From: Polyangiales bacterium
GTDB lineage: Bacteria > Myxococcota_A > Polyangia > Polyangiales > Houyiibacteriaceae
Assembly (NCBI GenBank): GCA_045106895.1
Contig: JBGCFM010000255.1
Span: forward strand, 1 to 38,097
Direction of reading: 5' to 3'
DNA: 38,097 nucleotides
Part shown: one piece after another, positions 8,782 to 18,292 of the stretch
Numbering within the stretch: position 1 is the first letter of the stretch
Layout: each line of letters begins with the position of its first letter
Notes under the pieces: model-generated
The model's database searches: none
Told to the model about the DNA's origin: nothing
Seen by the model: the letters and a program-made list of their open reading frames with translations, nothing else
Program-made: the position numbers and the translations under genes

Positions 8782-10131
8782 TCAATTGTTGTCGTAAATA
8801 TTGAACGCGCTCATGTTGGCGGGCTCATAGATTCGCAACTCACCCTCCAGCGTGTTGCTGTAGATTTGAATCTCTCGTTCCACCTGTGCGCTACTCGAGA
8901 AGTTCCTCCAATAGTAGAGCGCGAGTTCGTTGCTGCTCGTGCACGTCGAATGCGGCGTAATGTCCCGGCGAGCAATTCGGTTGTTGTGGATATCAACGTA
9001 CTGAAACCACCTCGGCAGGTTCTCCTGATAGGTGTAGATAATGATCCCTGAGTCTTCGATGTCGTTGTCGTGAATGGCGGCGATCTGTCCGTTTCGCGCC
9101 TTGATCGCGTAGCCACAGTTCGAGCGGGACCAGCCTGAGAACGTATTGCGAGCGATCTCCATGTCGTAGAACCCCCACGCGTAAATACCGTGATCTTCGA
9201 CGTAAGGACCGCTCGTGCGGTGGAAGGAGTTATCGAGAATTTGGGTATTCGAGCTTCTGTCGGGGATCAAACTTGGGTGCGCCTCCGACTGCCCCGTAAT
9301 GTTGATGTTCGTCATGTAGTAGCCGGACATGCTGTTGTTCTGGATTCGGATCTCATGGGTCTTGTAGAGCTGTATGCCTCTACCCAAGAACTGGTCTCCT
9401 CTCAGAAACGTGGACTGTTCAATCGCGCCGTTGCTCACGTAGGAGAGCAACAACTGGAGGTCCCGAAAGCCGTCCGCGTACGCTGCCGTGGATGGGGCAA
9501 TGGTCTCGCCGTTGATGAACGCTGAGCCACGAATATTGAGCCCGTCGAGATGATTGGCGTAGTCGCCCCGTACGTAGAGCCCAACGCGTTCAAAGCGAAT
9601 GTTGATCAGGTCTGCGCTTTGACCCGGGGCGTAGACCTGCATCTGGACTCTGGATGCATCGTCGCGCGTCGTAAACGTGGTCCCGTCTTCACCGACTAGA
9701 TTCACGCCGGACGTGTAGACGGTGTCTTCGGAAACAAAGTACTCGCCGGACGGGAAGAAAAGGTGGCGACCATCCTCGTATATTTTCTGAGCTTCCTCCG
9801 CGAACTCCGCGCTGGAAAGGTCACTACTTTCGAGGTCGCCGATGTGAACACAGTCGAGACCGAGGTCCACGCAAGTTTGAATCGCCGGCGGGCCCGCATC
9901 GTGGACGTCCATGCCAAGCGTCGCATCCGTGCCGCCGTCTGCACTGCCGGCATCCGGCGCTTGTGGTCCGGCATCAGAAATGGAGCCATCAGGGCGGTTC
10001 AGGCCGGCGTCGAACATCGACGTGCCATCACGCCTGGAGCCACCATCAGAACTCATCCCGCCGTCCGCAGGCGAGGTGCTTGCGCAAGCCGAGACAGCGA
10101 GGAACACAAGCAAGCTCTGGACGCTCTTCAT
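8782..10131 (-). CDS. Lipoprotein with right-handed parallel beta-helix (pectate-lyase-like) domain
   Basis: Likely start MKSVQSLLVFLAVSAC at 10131. DAG-rich linker, then LFFPSGEYFV..SGVNLVGE and repeated IxxNxF strands (DHGIYAWG, IARNTF, IHDNDI, IHNNRI). Confidence 0.8.
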   Translation of the reverse strand: MKSVQSLLVFLAVSACASTSPADGGMSSDGGSRRDGTSMFDAGLNRPDGSISDAGPQAPDAGSADGGTDATLGMDVHDAGPPAIQTCVDLGLDCVHIGDLESSDLSSAEFAEEAQKIYEDGRHLFFPSGEYFVSEDTVYTSGVNLVGEDGTTFTTRDDASRVQMQVYAPGQSADLINIRFERVGLYVRGDYANHLDGLNIRGSAFINGETIAPSTAAYADGFRDLQLLLSYVSNGAIEQSTFLRGDQFLGRGIQLYKTHEIRIQNNSMSGYYMTNINITGQSEAHPSLIPDRSSNTQILDNSFHRTSGPYVEDHGIYAWGFYDMEIARNTFSGWSRSNCGYAIKARNGQIAAIHDNDIEDSGIIIYTYQENLPRWFQYVDIHNNRIARRDITPHSTCTSSNELALYYWRNFSSSAQVEREIQIYSNTLEGELRIYEPANMSAFNIYDNN

Positions 10132-10405
10132 TGGAACGAGAATACCGCACTTCCAGCCTGGGACACGAACGCCCCGGCGTCGTAAAAGAAGAGGGGCGAC
10201 GGCTACTCGAAGGTAATGCACGCCGTCGAATACACGGGACCGTCTACCGGGCGTTGGTTCGCATACATGTCCCCCCAAACTCCTAGGCGCTCGGCAGGGC
10301 TGAAGTGCGACGAATGCGCATTCTCGAGATTTCTTGACGGGAATCACACGCCGACTACGTACCGAGGTTAACGGTGCGCGGAGTGAGCACTGGAAGGAGT
10401 TTGAT

Positions 10406-12166
10406 TTGAGATACTGCCAACACATTAGTCTTTGGCTCACGATAGCGGCCCTGCCCCTCGGCGGCTGTGGCGACGACGCACCTGGGTGCACAACCCCCGG
10501 TGAGGAACAGGCCTGCGTGTGCCCCAGCGGTGCGCTCGGTGTTCAGACATGTCGCTTAGACGGCGACTATAACGACTGCATCTGTACTACGCCGAGCGAC
10601 GCGGGGTTCATGATGGACGCGGGGTTCATGATGGACTCCGGCTCCGACGCCGGCTCCGACGCCGGCCCAGTGGGCATGGACGCTGGCCCGATGAGCATGG
10701 ACGCTGGCCCGATGAGCGTGGACGCTGGCCCGATGTTCTGCTCACCAAACCCTTGCATGAATGGAGGCTCCTGCGCCGAGGAGGCCGCGGGGTTCGTCTG
10801 TGCCTGTCCTGACGGGTTCACGGGAACTCGGTGCGAGATCCGCAACGCATGTTTGGATGAGCCCTGCCGCAACGGCGGGACATGCACTCAAGTCGGCTCC
10901 GGCTACAGCTGCGAGTGCCCCGCAGGCTTCCTCGGTGACGACTGCGAGATCGTCGACACGTGCGCGGACTCGCCGTGCCTCAACGGCGGCGCGTGCTCGG
11001 TCTCGGGCGACACATTTGTATGCGCCTGCGCGGCTGGCTACCGAGGCGAGACCTGCAACGGCTTCCGCGACACCTTTGACTCCAGGTTGGACTCCGCCTG
11101 GCGGCAGGTCGACAATGGTACGGTGGAGGGTCCGCAACTTTGGACCGTTTCCGGCGGGGACCTCGTCAGCACGGGCAACTCCTTCGACGCAGCGTCAAGC
11201 TCCTCCGTGCCGTTCCTCGGAGCGTTCGTGTGGCGTCCGGGAACGTGGACTAATGGCCTCGTTCGCGTCAGCGTCTCAACCACGGACAACGACGGGATCG
11301 GCGTCATGGGGCGCGTCAGAGACGCGAATAACTACTACCGCTTCCACGTCGATGACCAGCAAGGCATGGGCTACTTGTATAAGCGGAGTAGTGGTGTGAG
11401 CACCCTGCTTGGTTCCGCGCCGGCAGAGTATCCGACTGACGACTCCAACTTTCGGGTGGAGCTTGAGTTCGTCGGAAACCTCATTCGTGCAAACATCAAC
11501 GGAACCACCATTATTCAAGTGGTTGATACGTCGTTCAGCCGGGGCGGAATTGGGCTGTACACGCGCGGCGTGAGCGAAGCGTCCTTTAACAACATCGAGT
11601 TCCTTCCGTCGACGTTGGCCAACACTTTCACGAGTGGAGCCCAGGCATCGTGGGAGACCTTTGACAACGGAACATCCGCTGGGCCCTCGTCATGGCGCGT
11701 GAGAGGCGGCGGCTTAGAAAGTACCGGCAACAGCTTCGACCCAGCCTCGGAAAGCGCAGTTCCTTTCTTTGGAACGTTCCTCGTCATGCCGCTTGCTGTG
11801 ACCAACAACGGCATCATCACAACGACCATCAACAGCACAGACAACGACGGCGTTGGGCTCATGGGGCGCGTGCTCGATGAAAACAACTATTACCGCTGCC
11901 ACATCGATGAGCAGCAAGGAATGGCTTACTTGTATAAGCGCGTCGCTGGCGTGAGCACCCTCCTCGCCTCCGCACCGGCCGGCTATACACCCGGGACCGA
12001 GTTCAACATGCGGCTGTTGATGAGCGGAACAACGCTGCAATGCATCGTAGACCGCCAGTTCCTCAATGCAGAAGACGCGTCGCTCAGCTCGGGTGGCGTC
12101 GGACTCTACGCGCGAGGCAACTCCGAGGTCTCGTTCAGGTCCGTGTCCGCCGCAGAGTTTCAATAG
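10406..12166 (+). CDS. Lipoprotein with three EGF-like repeats and two tandem ConA/L-lectin-like (thrombospondin-C-like) domains
   Basis: TTG start at 10406 preceded by AAGGAG. Lipobox LGGC. Three CxxxPCxNGGxC...CxCxxG(F/Y)xGxxC repeats. Duplicated domain with TDNDG(I/V)G(V/L)MGRVxDxNNYYR. Confidence 0.85.
   Translation: MRYCQHISLWLTIAALPLGGCGDDAPGCTTPGEEQACVCPSGALGVQTCRLDGDYNDCICTTPSDAGFMMDAGFMMDSGSDAGSDAGPVGMDAGPMSMDAGPMSVDAGPMFCSPNPCMNGGSCAEEAAGFVCACPDGFTGTRCEIRNACLDEPCRNGGTCTQVGSGYSCECPAGFLGDDCEIVDTCADSPCLNGGACSVSGDTFVCACAAGYRGETCNGFRDTFDSRLDSAWRQVDNGTVEGPQLWTVSGGDLVSTGNSFDAASSSSVPFLGAFVWRPGTWTNGLVRVSVSTTDNDGIGVMGRVRDANNYYRFHVDDQQGMGYLYKRSSGVSTLLGSAPAEYPTDDSNFRVELEFVGNLIRANINGTTIIQVVDTSFSRGGIGLYTRGVSEASFNNIEFLPSTLANTFTSGAQASWETFDNGTSAGPSSWRVRGGGLESTGNSFDPASESAVPFFGTFLVMPLAVTNNGIITTTINSTDNDGVGLMGRVLDENNYYRCHIDEQQGMAYLYKRVAGVSTLLASAPAGYTPGTEFNMRLLMSGTTLQCIVDRQFLNAEDASLSSGGVGLYARGNSEVSFRSVSAAEFQ
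10598..10735 (+). repeat. In-frame tandem repeats encoding the DAG linker
   Basis: GACGCGGGGTTCATGATG x2, GGCTCCGACGCC x2, then ~3 copies of a 21-bp unit (A/G)TGGACGCTGGCCCGATGAGC. Confidence 0.85.
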
Positions 12167-12223
12167 GAGCGGTTCGAGCGCCAAAGGGCGACGCCAGAGC
12201 ACGGCGTGCTGGGCGGTGAATCA

Positions 12224-12327
12224 GGATTCTTCGTCCAGCGCGTCGTGATCAAGGCGAGCAAAGCGACGCAATCTTTGGATTGCGAGCTGCAGCTCAACGC
12301 AGAGCACGGCGTGCTCGGCGGGTGAAG
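12224..12327. repeat. Structured ~100-nt repeat element, copy A (REP/MITE-like)
   Basis: GGATTCTTCGTCCAGCGC...ATCAAGGCG...GCGAC[hairpin]GAGC...CAACGCAGAG...GTGCT. Homologous to 12427-12530, with a partial 3' half at 12176-12222. Confidence 0.8.
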
Positions 12328-12335
12328 CAAACGAA

Positions 12336-12365
12336 GGCCCAGCATCTCCGAAGAGATGCTGGGCC
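12336..12365 (-). terminator. Probable intrinsic terminator of the zinc protease gene
   Basis: Perfect 13-bp stem GGCCCAGCATCTC/GAGATGCTGGGCC. On the minus strand the loop is C(TTCG)G and the stem is followed by TTCGTTTG. Lies ~165 nt downstream of the minus-strand stop at 12529. Confidence 0.7.
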
Positions 12366-12426
12366 GTCGTGTCGAAGGAGTAGCGAATGCCGAAGGCAGA
12401 GCGCCCTCGAATCCACGAACCTCCTC

Positions 12427-12530
12427 GGATTCTTCGTCCAGCGCTTCTGAATCAAGGCGCCCGAGGCGACGGCATCTTTCGATGCCGAGCCGAAGGGCAA
12501 CGCAGAGTCAGAAGTGCTGGGCGGATAATC
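12427..12530. repeat. Structured ~100-nt repeat element, copy B
   Basis: Same conserved blocks as copy A, with compensatory changes in the stems. Imperfect terminal inverted repeats GATTCTTCGTCCAGCGC / GTGCTGGGCGGATAATC. Confidence 0.8.
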
Positions 12531-15500
12531 ACTGGCCGAAGTCGAGCTGCCAGCTTAGCTGCCGGACGATGTTCAGGTTGTCGATGAAGTCGGCGATCTG
12601 AGCCTGCGATCCCCACTGGAGAAGCGCCTGAGCTTGCTGGATCATCTGGGCGCCCGCGCCGCGTTCGTTGCCGCTCGCGTCGGGGTAGCTTGCGGCCATG
12701 TACACGAGGCCTGTCTCTGGGTCCGTGAAGCTGACGGTCTCCACATCGTCCGCCGGCGTGACGCCTTCGGGTCCGTTCTGGAGCCAGACCCGTGAACGCT
12801 GGAAGAACCCGCGGTCATAAGTCTCAGGAATCATCGCCATGCCGTAGACGGCGGCGGCGAGCTGAATCGAGAACGATGCGTTCGGGTCGACGGGGGGCCC
12901 GTCGAGTTGCTCATCAAGGTTCGCGAGGTTGAGCGGATCGGGGTAGATGAGCTCGTCGCCGTCGAAGCGCGGCGAGATGCTGCTCCAGTCGGCGCCGACG
13001 AGACCTCGCATGAGGGACTCCGTCGAAGGACCGAAGGTCGTGTAGAAGCTCAGCTGGTAACTTCGAACATCCGCGGCGGTGTCGCGACCGAGGAAGTTCG
13101 TCTGTGGGTCCAGGAGCACCTGAAGCGCAAGGCTCTTGTCGTAGAAGAAACCAACGCGCTGGAGGTTCTCGTACCAGAAGAAGCCCTGGTTCTGATCCCA
13201 ACGTGTCTCGAGGCCGCGACCCGCGAAGGCGTCGATGCTGTTTCCGCCGTTGCCTTCGAGCATGGCGATGGTTCCGTCGCCGCGCCCCTGCTGCGCGTAG
13301 TTGCCGGGTTCGGGGTTGGTGATGACCTGCGTGAAGAGGTTGAAGGCCGAGCCGACGGCGGCGGTCCAAGCGCCCATTCCGTCGCGGCGCGTGTAGAAGC
13401 GCGTTGCGGTGGCGGCGTCGCCGAAGACGTCTTCGAAGACGCTGCGGTACAGAGCGTAAATCTGGTTCGCGCTCTTGAGCTTGCGGAAGTAACGGCCGTG
13501 AACGCGGTTTGCGTAGCTGTCGACGGTGAAGCCGACTCGGCCGCGCCCGAAGGCGTTGAAGACGTAATAGTTCCAGTAGTTGTCGATGACGGAGTTCACC
13601 GCTTCGTACGCATCGGCGCCGGAGTCATAACGCTGGCAGTCCGGCCCGAGGTCCGCCTGATGGTCCGTGCAGAACATGTAGGGAACGACGGGTCGTCCTT
13701 GTGAGTCGACGAGGGGGTCGTCGATGCCCTGTCCGGCCAAATACTCTTCCGGAACGAGGCTGGTGTAGGCGACGTCGGCACGCGCTTCGAGGTTTGCACG
13801 GCCGCCCATCTCTTCGGGCCAGTCCGTGTATTGGTACGCCGAAGGCTGTCCGCCGAGGAACGAGCTGAGCCTGAGTGGAATCGGCCAGCCGGCCTGCTGG
13901 ACCCAGCCCCACCAAGCGATCTGTCGAGCGGAGGGTGCGTCGGTGAAGACCTCGACGAGGTCGCCGTAGCCCATCTTGATGGCGGCGAGGTCGTAGTGGC
14001 CCACGCCGTTGGCGTCGGTCACGACGAAGTTGTTTCCGTAGTCCATGACCGTCGAGTACTGGTTCTCTTGAATGCGGCCGAAGGTCTCGATGTCGGTCTC
14101 TGGGTCCCAGGCGCGGGGCGCCATGTCCCCGTCGTCGCGGAGCTCCCAGTAGCGAGGCCCGTAGTTGACGGCGTCGTAGCTGCCGCTGAAGTTGTGACGA
14201 AGGCCGATGGTGTGGCCGATCTCGTGGGAGGTCACGCCGTGGAAGATCGGGTGACGAAGCATCTGGCGAACAGCGGCGTAGTCGATGCTGCCGTCGTCAT
14301 CGAGGACGTTGTAGGTCTGGCCGTACCACTCCATCGTTCCGCCGCCGGCGTCGACGGTGCGGCGAATGGCGCGGGCGAGGCCGAGCATGCCTTCATCGGC
14401 GAAGTCTGCGTGAAGCACGCAGTGACCTTCTTCGTGCATGCGCTGGTGCGCGCGCTCGATGGCGTTCATGCGGCGAAGGCTCATTCCGCGAAGAGGCGAG
14501 GCCTGCTCGAGGACGGAGTCGTCGCTCACGTCGAGGGACGGGTCGATGCCCGCAGCGAGCCGCATCTCTGGGCCCGCGAGGAGTCGTTCGATCTCCGTGT
14601 TGCGCAGGTTCTGGAGACGCGCGCGTCCGCCTTCGCCGCCGTTTCGCCCAAAGGCGCCGGCGCGGGCCAGGCCTTCTTGCGCCTGGTCCATGCGAGCGAG
14701 GAACTCCGCCGGGGAGGAAGGCATGCCGCGATCATCGCTGGCGAAGTCATTCACCCAGGAGAAGTCCATCGCAGCGTCGACGCGGTCAACGTTGGTTCCG
14801 TCGATGCTCGTGACGTGGTCATCCGCCGTGCGGCCGGTGAGCGAAGAGCCGGGCTCTTCCTGACGCTCCACCCAGGCGCGCACAACGTCACCGCTAGCGA
14901 TGTCGTCTTCGCTGACGTCTTCGTTGATGAGGGCGACGATGTCGCGGGCGAAGGACTGAAGCGTCTCCATGGCCGCGCCGTAGATGAACGCGTTGCCCAT
15001 GACGATCTCGCCGGTCTCAGGGTCCGCGGACGAAGGACCGTAGCCGAGGGGGCTGCTGGCGTGGGGCTCCGCGACCCAGCCAAGGAGGTTATAGCGTAGG
15101 TCGCCGATCTGCGCGGAGGTACCGGGCTCGCCGCAAGCGGCGTCGTCGTCGGTGGTCACGGGGTTCTGGCAGATGACGAACATCTCCTGGGCGTCGGCGC
15201 GGGTGCGCTCACCGGCGCACGCGGCGGGGTCTGCGCCGTCTTCGGCCAAGCACTCGTTCTCGCGAAGAGATGCGACGGTCTCGACGAAGGCCTCGTTCCA
15301 TCCGCGGGAAAGGTCGAGGGAGTCGGAGATGAGGTCTTCGGGGAAGTTCGTGGAGAGGTGGTAGGCGATGGGCCGAACCTCACGCTCGCGGTAAGGGATG
15401 GTGCAAGCGCCGGCGAGTTCGCCGTCGACGAGCTCGCCGCGGGTGCGGGCCCAGGTCATGTCGCAACGTGAGCCGGCGGCGTTCGCGGAACACTCGTCGT

Positions 15501-16479
15501 CCGCGGTGCAGCGCTCAAGCTCGCCGTCGGCGTCGCGCACATGGCTCTGCTGCCAGAGGTTGTGGCGGTTGACGAGGCGGAGGCGTGCGGCCTCGACGAC
15601 GCCGTACTCCGGGTCGTAGCCAACTCGGTCCGAGAGGAAGTAGCCGAAGCGCTCCTGGCGGTCGCCCGTGTATTCCATGGGCTCGTAGTCGCGGGACTCA
15701 TCGACACGCATGAAGGAGTTGCGGATCGTCAGCTCGCCGGGGGCGCAGTCGAGGTGGGCTGAGCTGTTGAGGAAGCAGGTAGGAATCTCGCCGAAACCCG
15801 GGAGGTTAATGGTGGTGGGGCGCACGAACATCTTGTTGACGATGTCCATGTAGTTCAGGTTCGCCTCGCCCTCTTCGCCGTCTTCGTCGTACGCGAACTG
15901 CGGCTCGTGGGGATGTCCCGTGCCGGGCTCGACGAAGTACGAAACGGGCTCGCTCTCGATGCCGTCAAAGAGACGCGCGCCGACGAGGAAGTCGTTGTTC
16001 GTGATGAGATTCTGCGACCAGTCGATGCGAACGTAGTCACGCTCGAACCAGGGGCGGTCGAAGTCGTTCTCGACGATGGTGTTCTGCTCTTCGCCGGTGA
16101 CTGGGTTGTAATCGCGGCGAATGTCGAAGTGCTTTTGAATCGCATACATCGCGACGATGGCGCCCGTCTCGGTCGCGCCGGCGATGCCTTCCCCTTCGGC
16201 GCCGTCGACGAACTCGTAGGTGCGGCGAGCGATGAGGAAGTCCTCGGTGATCTCAAAGCGGACCTTGTCCGTCGAGCCCTGCTCACCAACGAAGGTGTAG
16301 GACGCGCTGTACGGACTATCGATGACGGTCTGCAGGAAGTACCACTCACCTTGGAGCAGGGCCTCGCGCGCCATCGCGTTGGGTTGAACGCGATTGACCG
16401 CGGGTTGGCCGTCCGTGCAGCCCGTAAAGACGGATGCAGCGAGACCAAAGAGCAGGAGGAGGCGAGTCGGGTTTCTCAT
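12529..16479 (-). CDS. Large zinc-dependent metalloprotease lipoprotein (metzincin; EcxA/DUF4953-like)
   Basis: Lipobox FTGC. HEIGHTIGLRHNFSGS (HExxHxxGxxH). Met-turn STVMDY. SPLGYGPSSADPETGEI motif. Strong GC3 codon bias over 1316 aa. Confidence 0.92.
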   Translation of the reverse strand: MRNPTRLLLLFGLAASVFTGCTDGQPAVNRVQPNAMAREALLQGEWYFLQTVIDSPYSASYTFVGEQGSTDKVRFEITEDFLIARRTYEFVDGAEGEGIAGATETGAIVAMYAIQKHFDIRRDYNPVTGEEQNTIVENDFDRPWFERDYVRIDWSQNLITNNDFLVGARLFDGIESEPVSYFVEPGTGHPHEPQFAYDEDGEEGEANLNYMDIVNKMFVRPTTINLPGFGEIPTCFLNSSAHLDCAPGELTIRNSFMRVDESRDYEPMEYTGDRQERFGYFLSDRVGYDPEYGVVEAARLRLVNRHNLWQQSHVRDADGELERCTADDECSANAAGSRCDMTWARTRGELVDGELAGACTIPYREREVRPIAYHLSTNFPEDLISDSLDLSRGWNEAFVETVASLRENECLAEDGADPAACAGERTRADAQEMFVICQNPVTTDDDAACGEPGTSAQIGDLRYNLLGWVAEPHASSPLGYGPSSADPETGEIVMGNAFIYGAAMETLQSFARDIVALINEDVSEDDIASGDVVRAWVERQEEPGSSLTGRTADDHVTSIDGTNVDRVDAAMDFSWVNDFASDDRGMPSSPAEFLARMDQAQEGLARAGAFGRNGGEGGRARLQNLRNTEIERLLAGPEMRLAAGIDPSLDVSDDSVLEQASPLRGMSLRRMNAIERAHQRMHEEGHCVLHADFADEGMLGLARAIRRTVDAGGGTMEWYGQTYNVLDDDGSIDYAAVRQMLRHPIFHGVTSHEIGHTIGLRHNFSGSYDAVNYGPRYWELRDDGDMAPRAWDPETDIETFGRIQENQYSTVMDYGNNFVVTDANGVGHYDLAAIKMGYGDLVEVFTDAPSARQIAWWGWVQQAGWPIPLRLSSFLGGQPSAYQYTDWPEEMGGRANLEARADVAYTSLVPEEYLAGQGIDDPLVDSQGRPVVPYMFCTDHQADLGPDCQRYDSGADAYEAVNSVIDNYWNYYVFNAFGRGRVGFTVDSYANRVHGRYFRKLKSANQIYALYRSVFEDVFGDAATATRFYTRRDGMGAWTAAVGSAFNLFTQVITNPEPGNYAQQGRGDGTIAMLEGNGGNSIDAFAGRGLETRWDQNQGFFWYENLQRVGFFYDKSLALQVLLDPQTNFLGRDTAADVRSYQLSFYTTFGPSTESLMRGLVGADWSSISPRFDGDELIYPDPLNLANLDEQLDGPPVDPNASFSIQLAAAVYGMAMIPETYDRGFFQRSRVWLQNGPEGVTPADDVETVSFTDPETGLVYMAASYPDASGNERGAGAQMIQQAQALLQWGSQAQIADFIDNLNIVRQLSWQLDFGQ

Positions 16480-16595
16480 AAGTGTGGTTCTTTAGGGTTG
16501 GCTGGAAGCAGGACCTTCCAGAGGAGTTTGCCGGAACGCGACCGAGCGGAGTTATTGCCTTTGCCCCACCCGCCCACGTCCGGTGTGGGAGATAA

Positions 16596-16612
16596 AGCAA
16601 GGGTCGTGCCGA
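16596..16612 (-). promoter_or_regulatory. Sigma-54 (-24/-12) promoter
   Basis: Minus strand reads TCGGCACG-ACCC-TTGCT, against consensus TGGCACG-N4-TTGCW, with exact GG-N10-GC spacing. About 115 nt upstream of the protease ATG. Confidence 0.75.
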
Positions 16613-16815
16613 CGCATTAAGAGCGAAAGAAAGTGCTTTTCGGCACCAGCGATGTGACACGGATGTGGGTCCCGTCAGCGGGTGCGTCAACTCACTAACG
16701 CGCCGCGTCAGCCCGAGCCGACCCAGCCAACCCAGCGCTCCGTGGGACCCTCCTTGGATGCGGCGGAGACGAGTCGGATGCCATCGTCTCCCAAAGCACG
16801 GAGGAGCCGCGGGAC

Positions 16816-18174
16816 TTAGCGGATGATTCGACCTTCGAGGCTGAAGACGCCGAGTCGTCCGCCTTCGTCGTCGCTCGCGCTCACCGCGTCGCCTTCCAAG
16901 CCGAAGCGAGGATCCCCGCGTTCGCCGGCGGACGAAGGCGAGGTGTCGGCGCCGCTGACGTGTCCTTGTTGTGTGTTGCACATGAAGAACCCGTTGGTGC
17001 TGCGATCGCCAAAGAGCACCTGGGTTCCGCACTCCAGCCGCGCCTGGCAGGTCCCGCGGCCCTCGTGAAGTCGCGTCAGCTGCAGCTCGCACTCGCATTC
17101 CGCGCCGCAGCTAAGACCCGTTGCGCGGACCTGCACGCGGTGGGTCTCGCGCAGATGCGTGCCTCGGCGCGTCGTGCACTGAAGGCCCGTGTTCGGCACA
17201 AAGAAGCGTCGGTTGGTCGCGAGGCTGATGTCGTCCCCGAGCGGCCGAACCTCGGCCCACTCCGCATCACGCGCGGTGACACGCATGCGTGTGCCGGCGT
17301 CGATGCTCCCAACTTCGCTGCGGCCCGCTTCTCCTTCGACGAAGAGGGAGCGCGGGGTGGGCGCTTCGCACTCTTCGTGATCGACGTTCGTCGCCATGGA
17401 TCCGAAGATGCTCGACATACCAGCGCTGCCTTCGGCGTCGAGACGCTCGGCGTCGATCCATCCGACGAGGATGACGTGGGAGCCGTCGCCGAAGCGCTTG
17501 ACGCGAACGCGCGCGGCATCATCGCGGCGCTGTAGAATCTCCGCGCGCATCGTGGTCGCGGGAGGCTCCTCGCCGATGTCTCGGGCGCGCACCTCAACGA
17601 AGGCGGCCCCGCCCGGCAGGTGCGAGAGCGCGAAGGGGTAGGCGATCTGTGTCGCTCCGGACGGCTCGGGCAACTGGAGCGCCTCGAGGTCACTGGGCTG
17701 GCTCAAGAGACCCACGCTCTCGCAGCCGAGGGTGCGCCCTGGCGCTTCGGCAAAAGAGATGCTCTCCATCGCCGCGGCGAGGGGCCGAACGCGCACCTCG
17801 CCGCCGGCTTCGGACACGCCAGCCTCGGAGACGGCGACGTGCAGGCCGCTGGACACCGCGACTCCCTGGCCAAGCCATGTCGTCTCTTGCAGTCGAAGAA
17901 CGGCGTCCTCGCTGTCGGCGCGGCCGTGAAGATGCCAGCCTCCACCGCTGACACGTGCGTCGAGGGCGTTTGGCGGGAAGAGCTGTACCGTCGCGGTGGC
18001 AGAAGACACGTAGGTGTCCGCCCCCTCAAAGTGAAGTGTGCCGCTCCACTCTCCTTCGAATTCGCACACAGGACGCGGCGCTCTTGCGGACGGTTGAACC
18101 GCGGCTGGAGTCGTCGCCCTGGGCAGGGTCCCGCCGCAGGCGAGCGTCAGAAGAAGAAGGGTACGAAGTGCCAT
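16816..18174 (-). CDS. Hypothetical lipoprotein
   Basis: Lipobox TLAC. 452 aa, with SH3-like segments (GWIDAERL; AEWAEVRP) and a Cys-containing C-terminal domain. No confident family. Confidence 0.75.
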   Translation of the reverse strand: MALRTLLLLTLACGGTLPRATTPAAVQPSARAPRPVCEFEGEWSGTLHFEGADTYVSSATATVQLFPPNALDARVSGGGWHLHGRADSEDAVLRLQETTWLGQGVAVSSGLHVAVSEAGVSEAGGEVRVRPLAAAMESISFAEAPGRTLGCESVGLLSQPSDLEALQLPEPSGATQIAYPFALSHLPGGAAFVEVRARDIGEEPPATTMRAEILQRRDDAARVRVKRFGDGSHVILVGWIDAERLDAEGSAGMSSIFGSMATNVDHEECEAPTPRSLFVEGEAGRSEVGSIDAGTRMRVTARDAEWAEVRPLGDDISLATNRRFFVPNTGLQCTTRRGTHLRETHRVQVRATGLSCGAECECELQLTRLHEGRGTCQARLECGTQVLFGDRSTNGFFMCNTQQGHVSGADTSPSSAGERGDPRFGLEGDAVSASDDEGGRLGVFSLEGRIIR

Positions 18175-18292
18175 GATGCCTGACTAACCCCAGCGGAAAC
18201 CCTTTGCACGTCGACGGACAAGAGAATTGCTCCGCAGACTCGCGTGACCTACCCTCCGCGTAATGAACTGCGGACGGCCTTGTGCGTCACTC

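Noticed and set aside
10132..10491. N-terminal extensions of ORFs 8782..10491 and 10334..12166
   Set aside because: They overlap each other and precede clear lipoprotein signal peptides. Starts at 10131 and 10406 are better supported.
12907..15099. Long plus-strand ORFs (12907..13704, 13831..15099)
   Set aside because: Antisense shadows of the high-GC3 protease gene, with V/D/G-rich mirror composition and no motifs.
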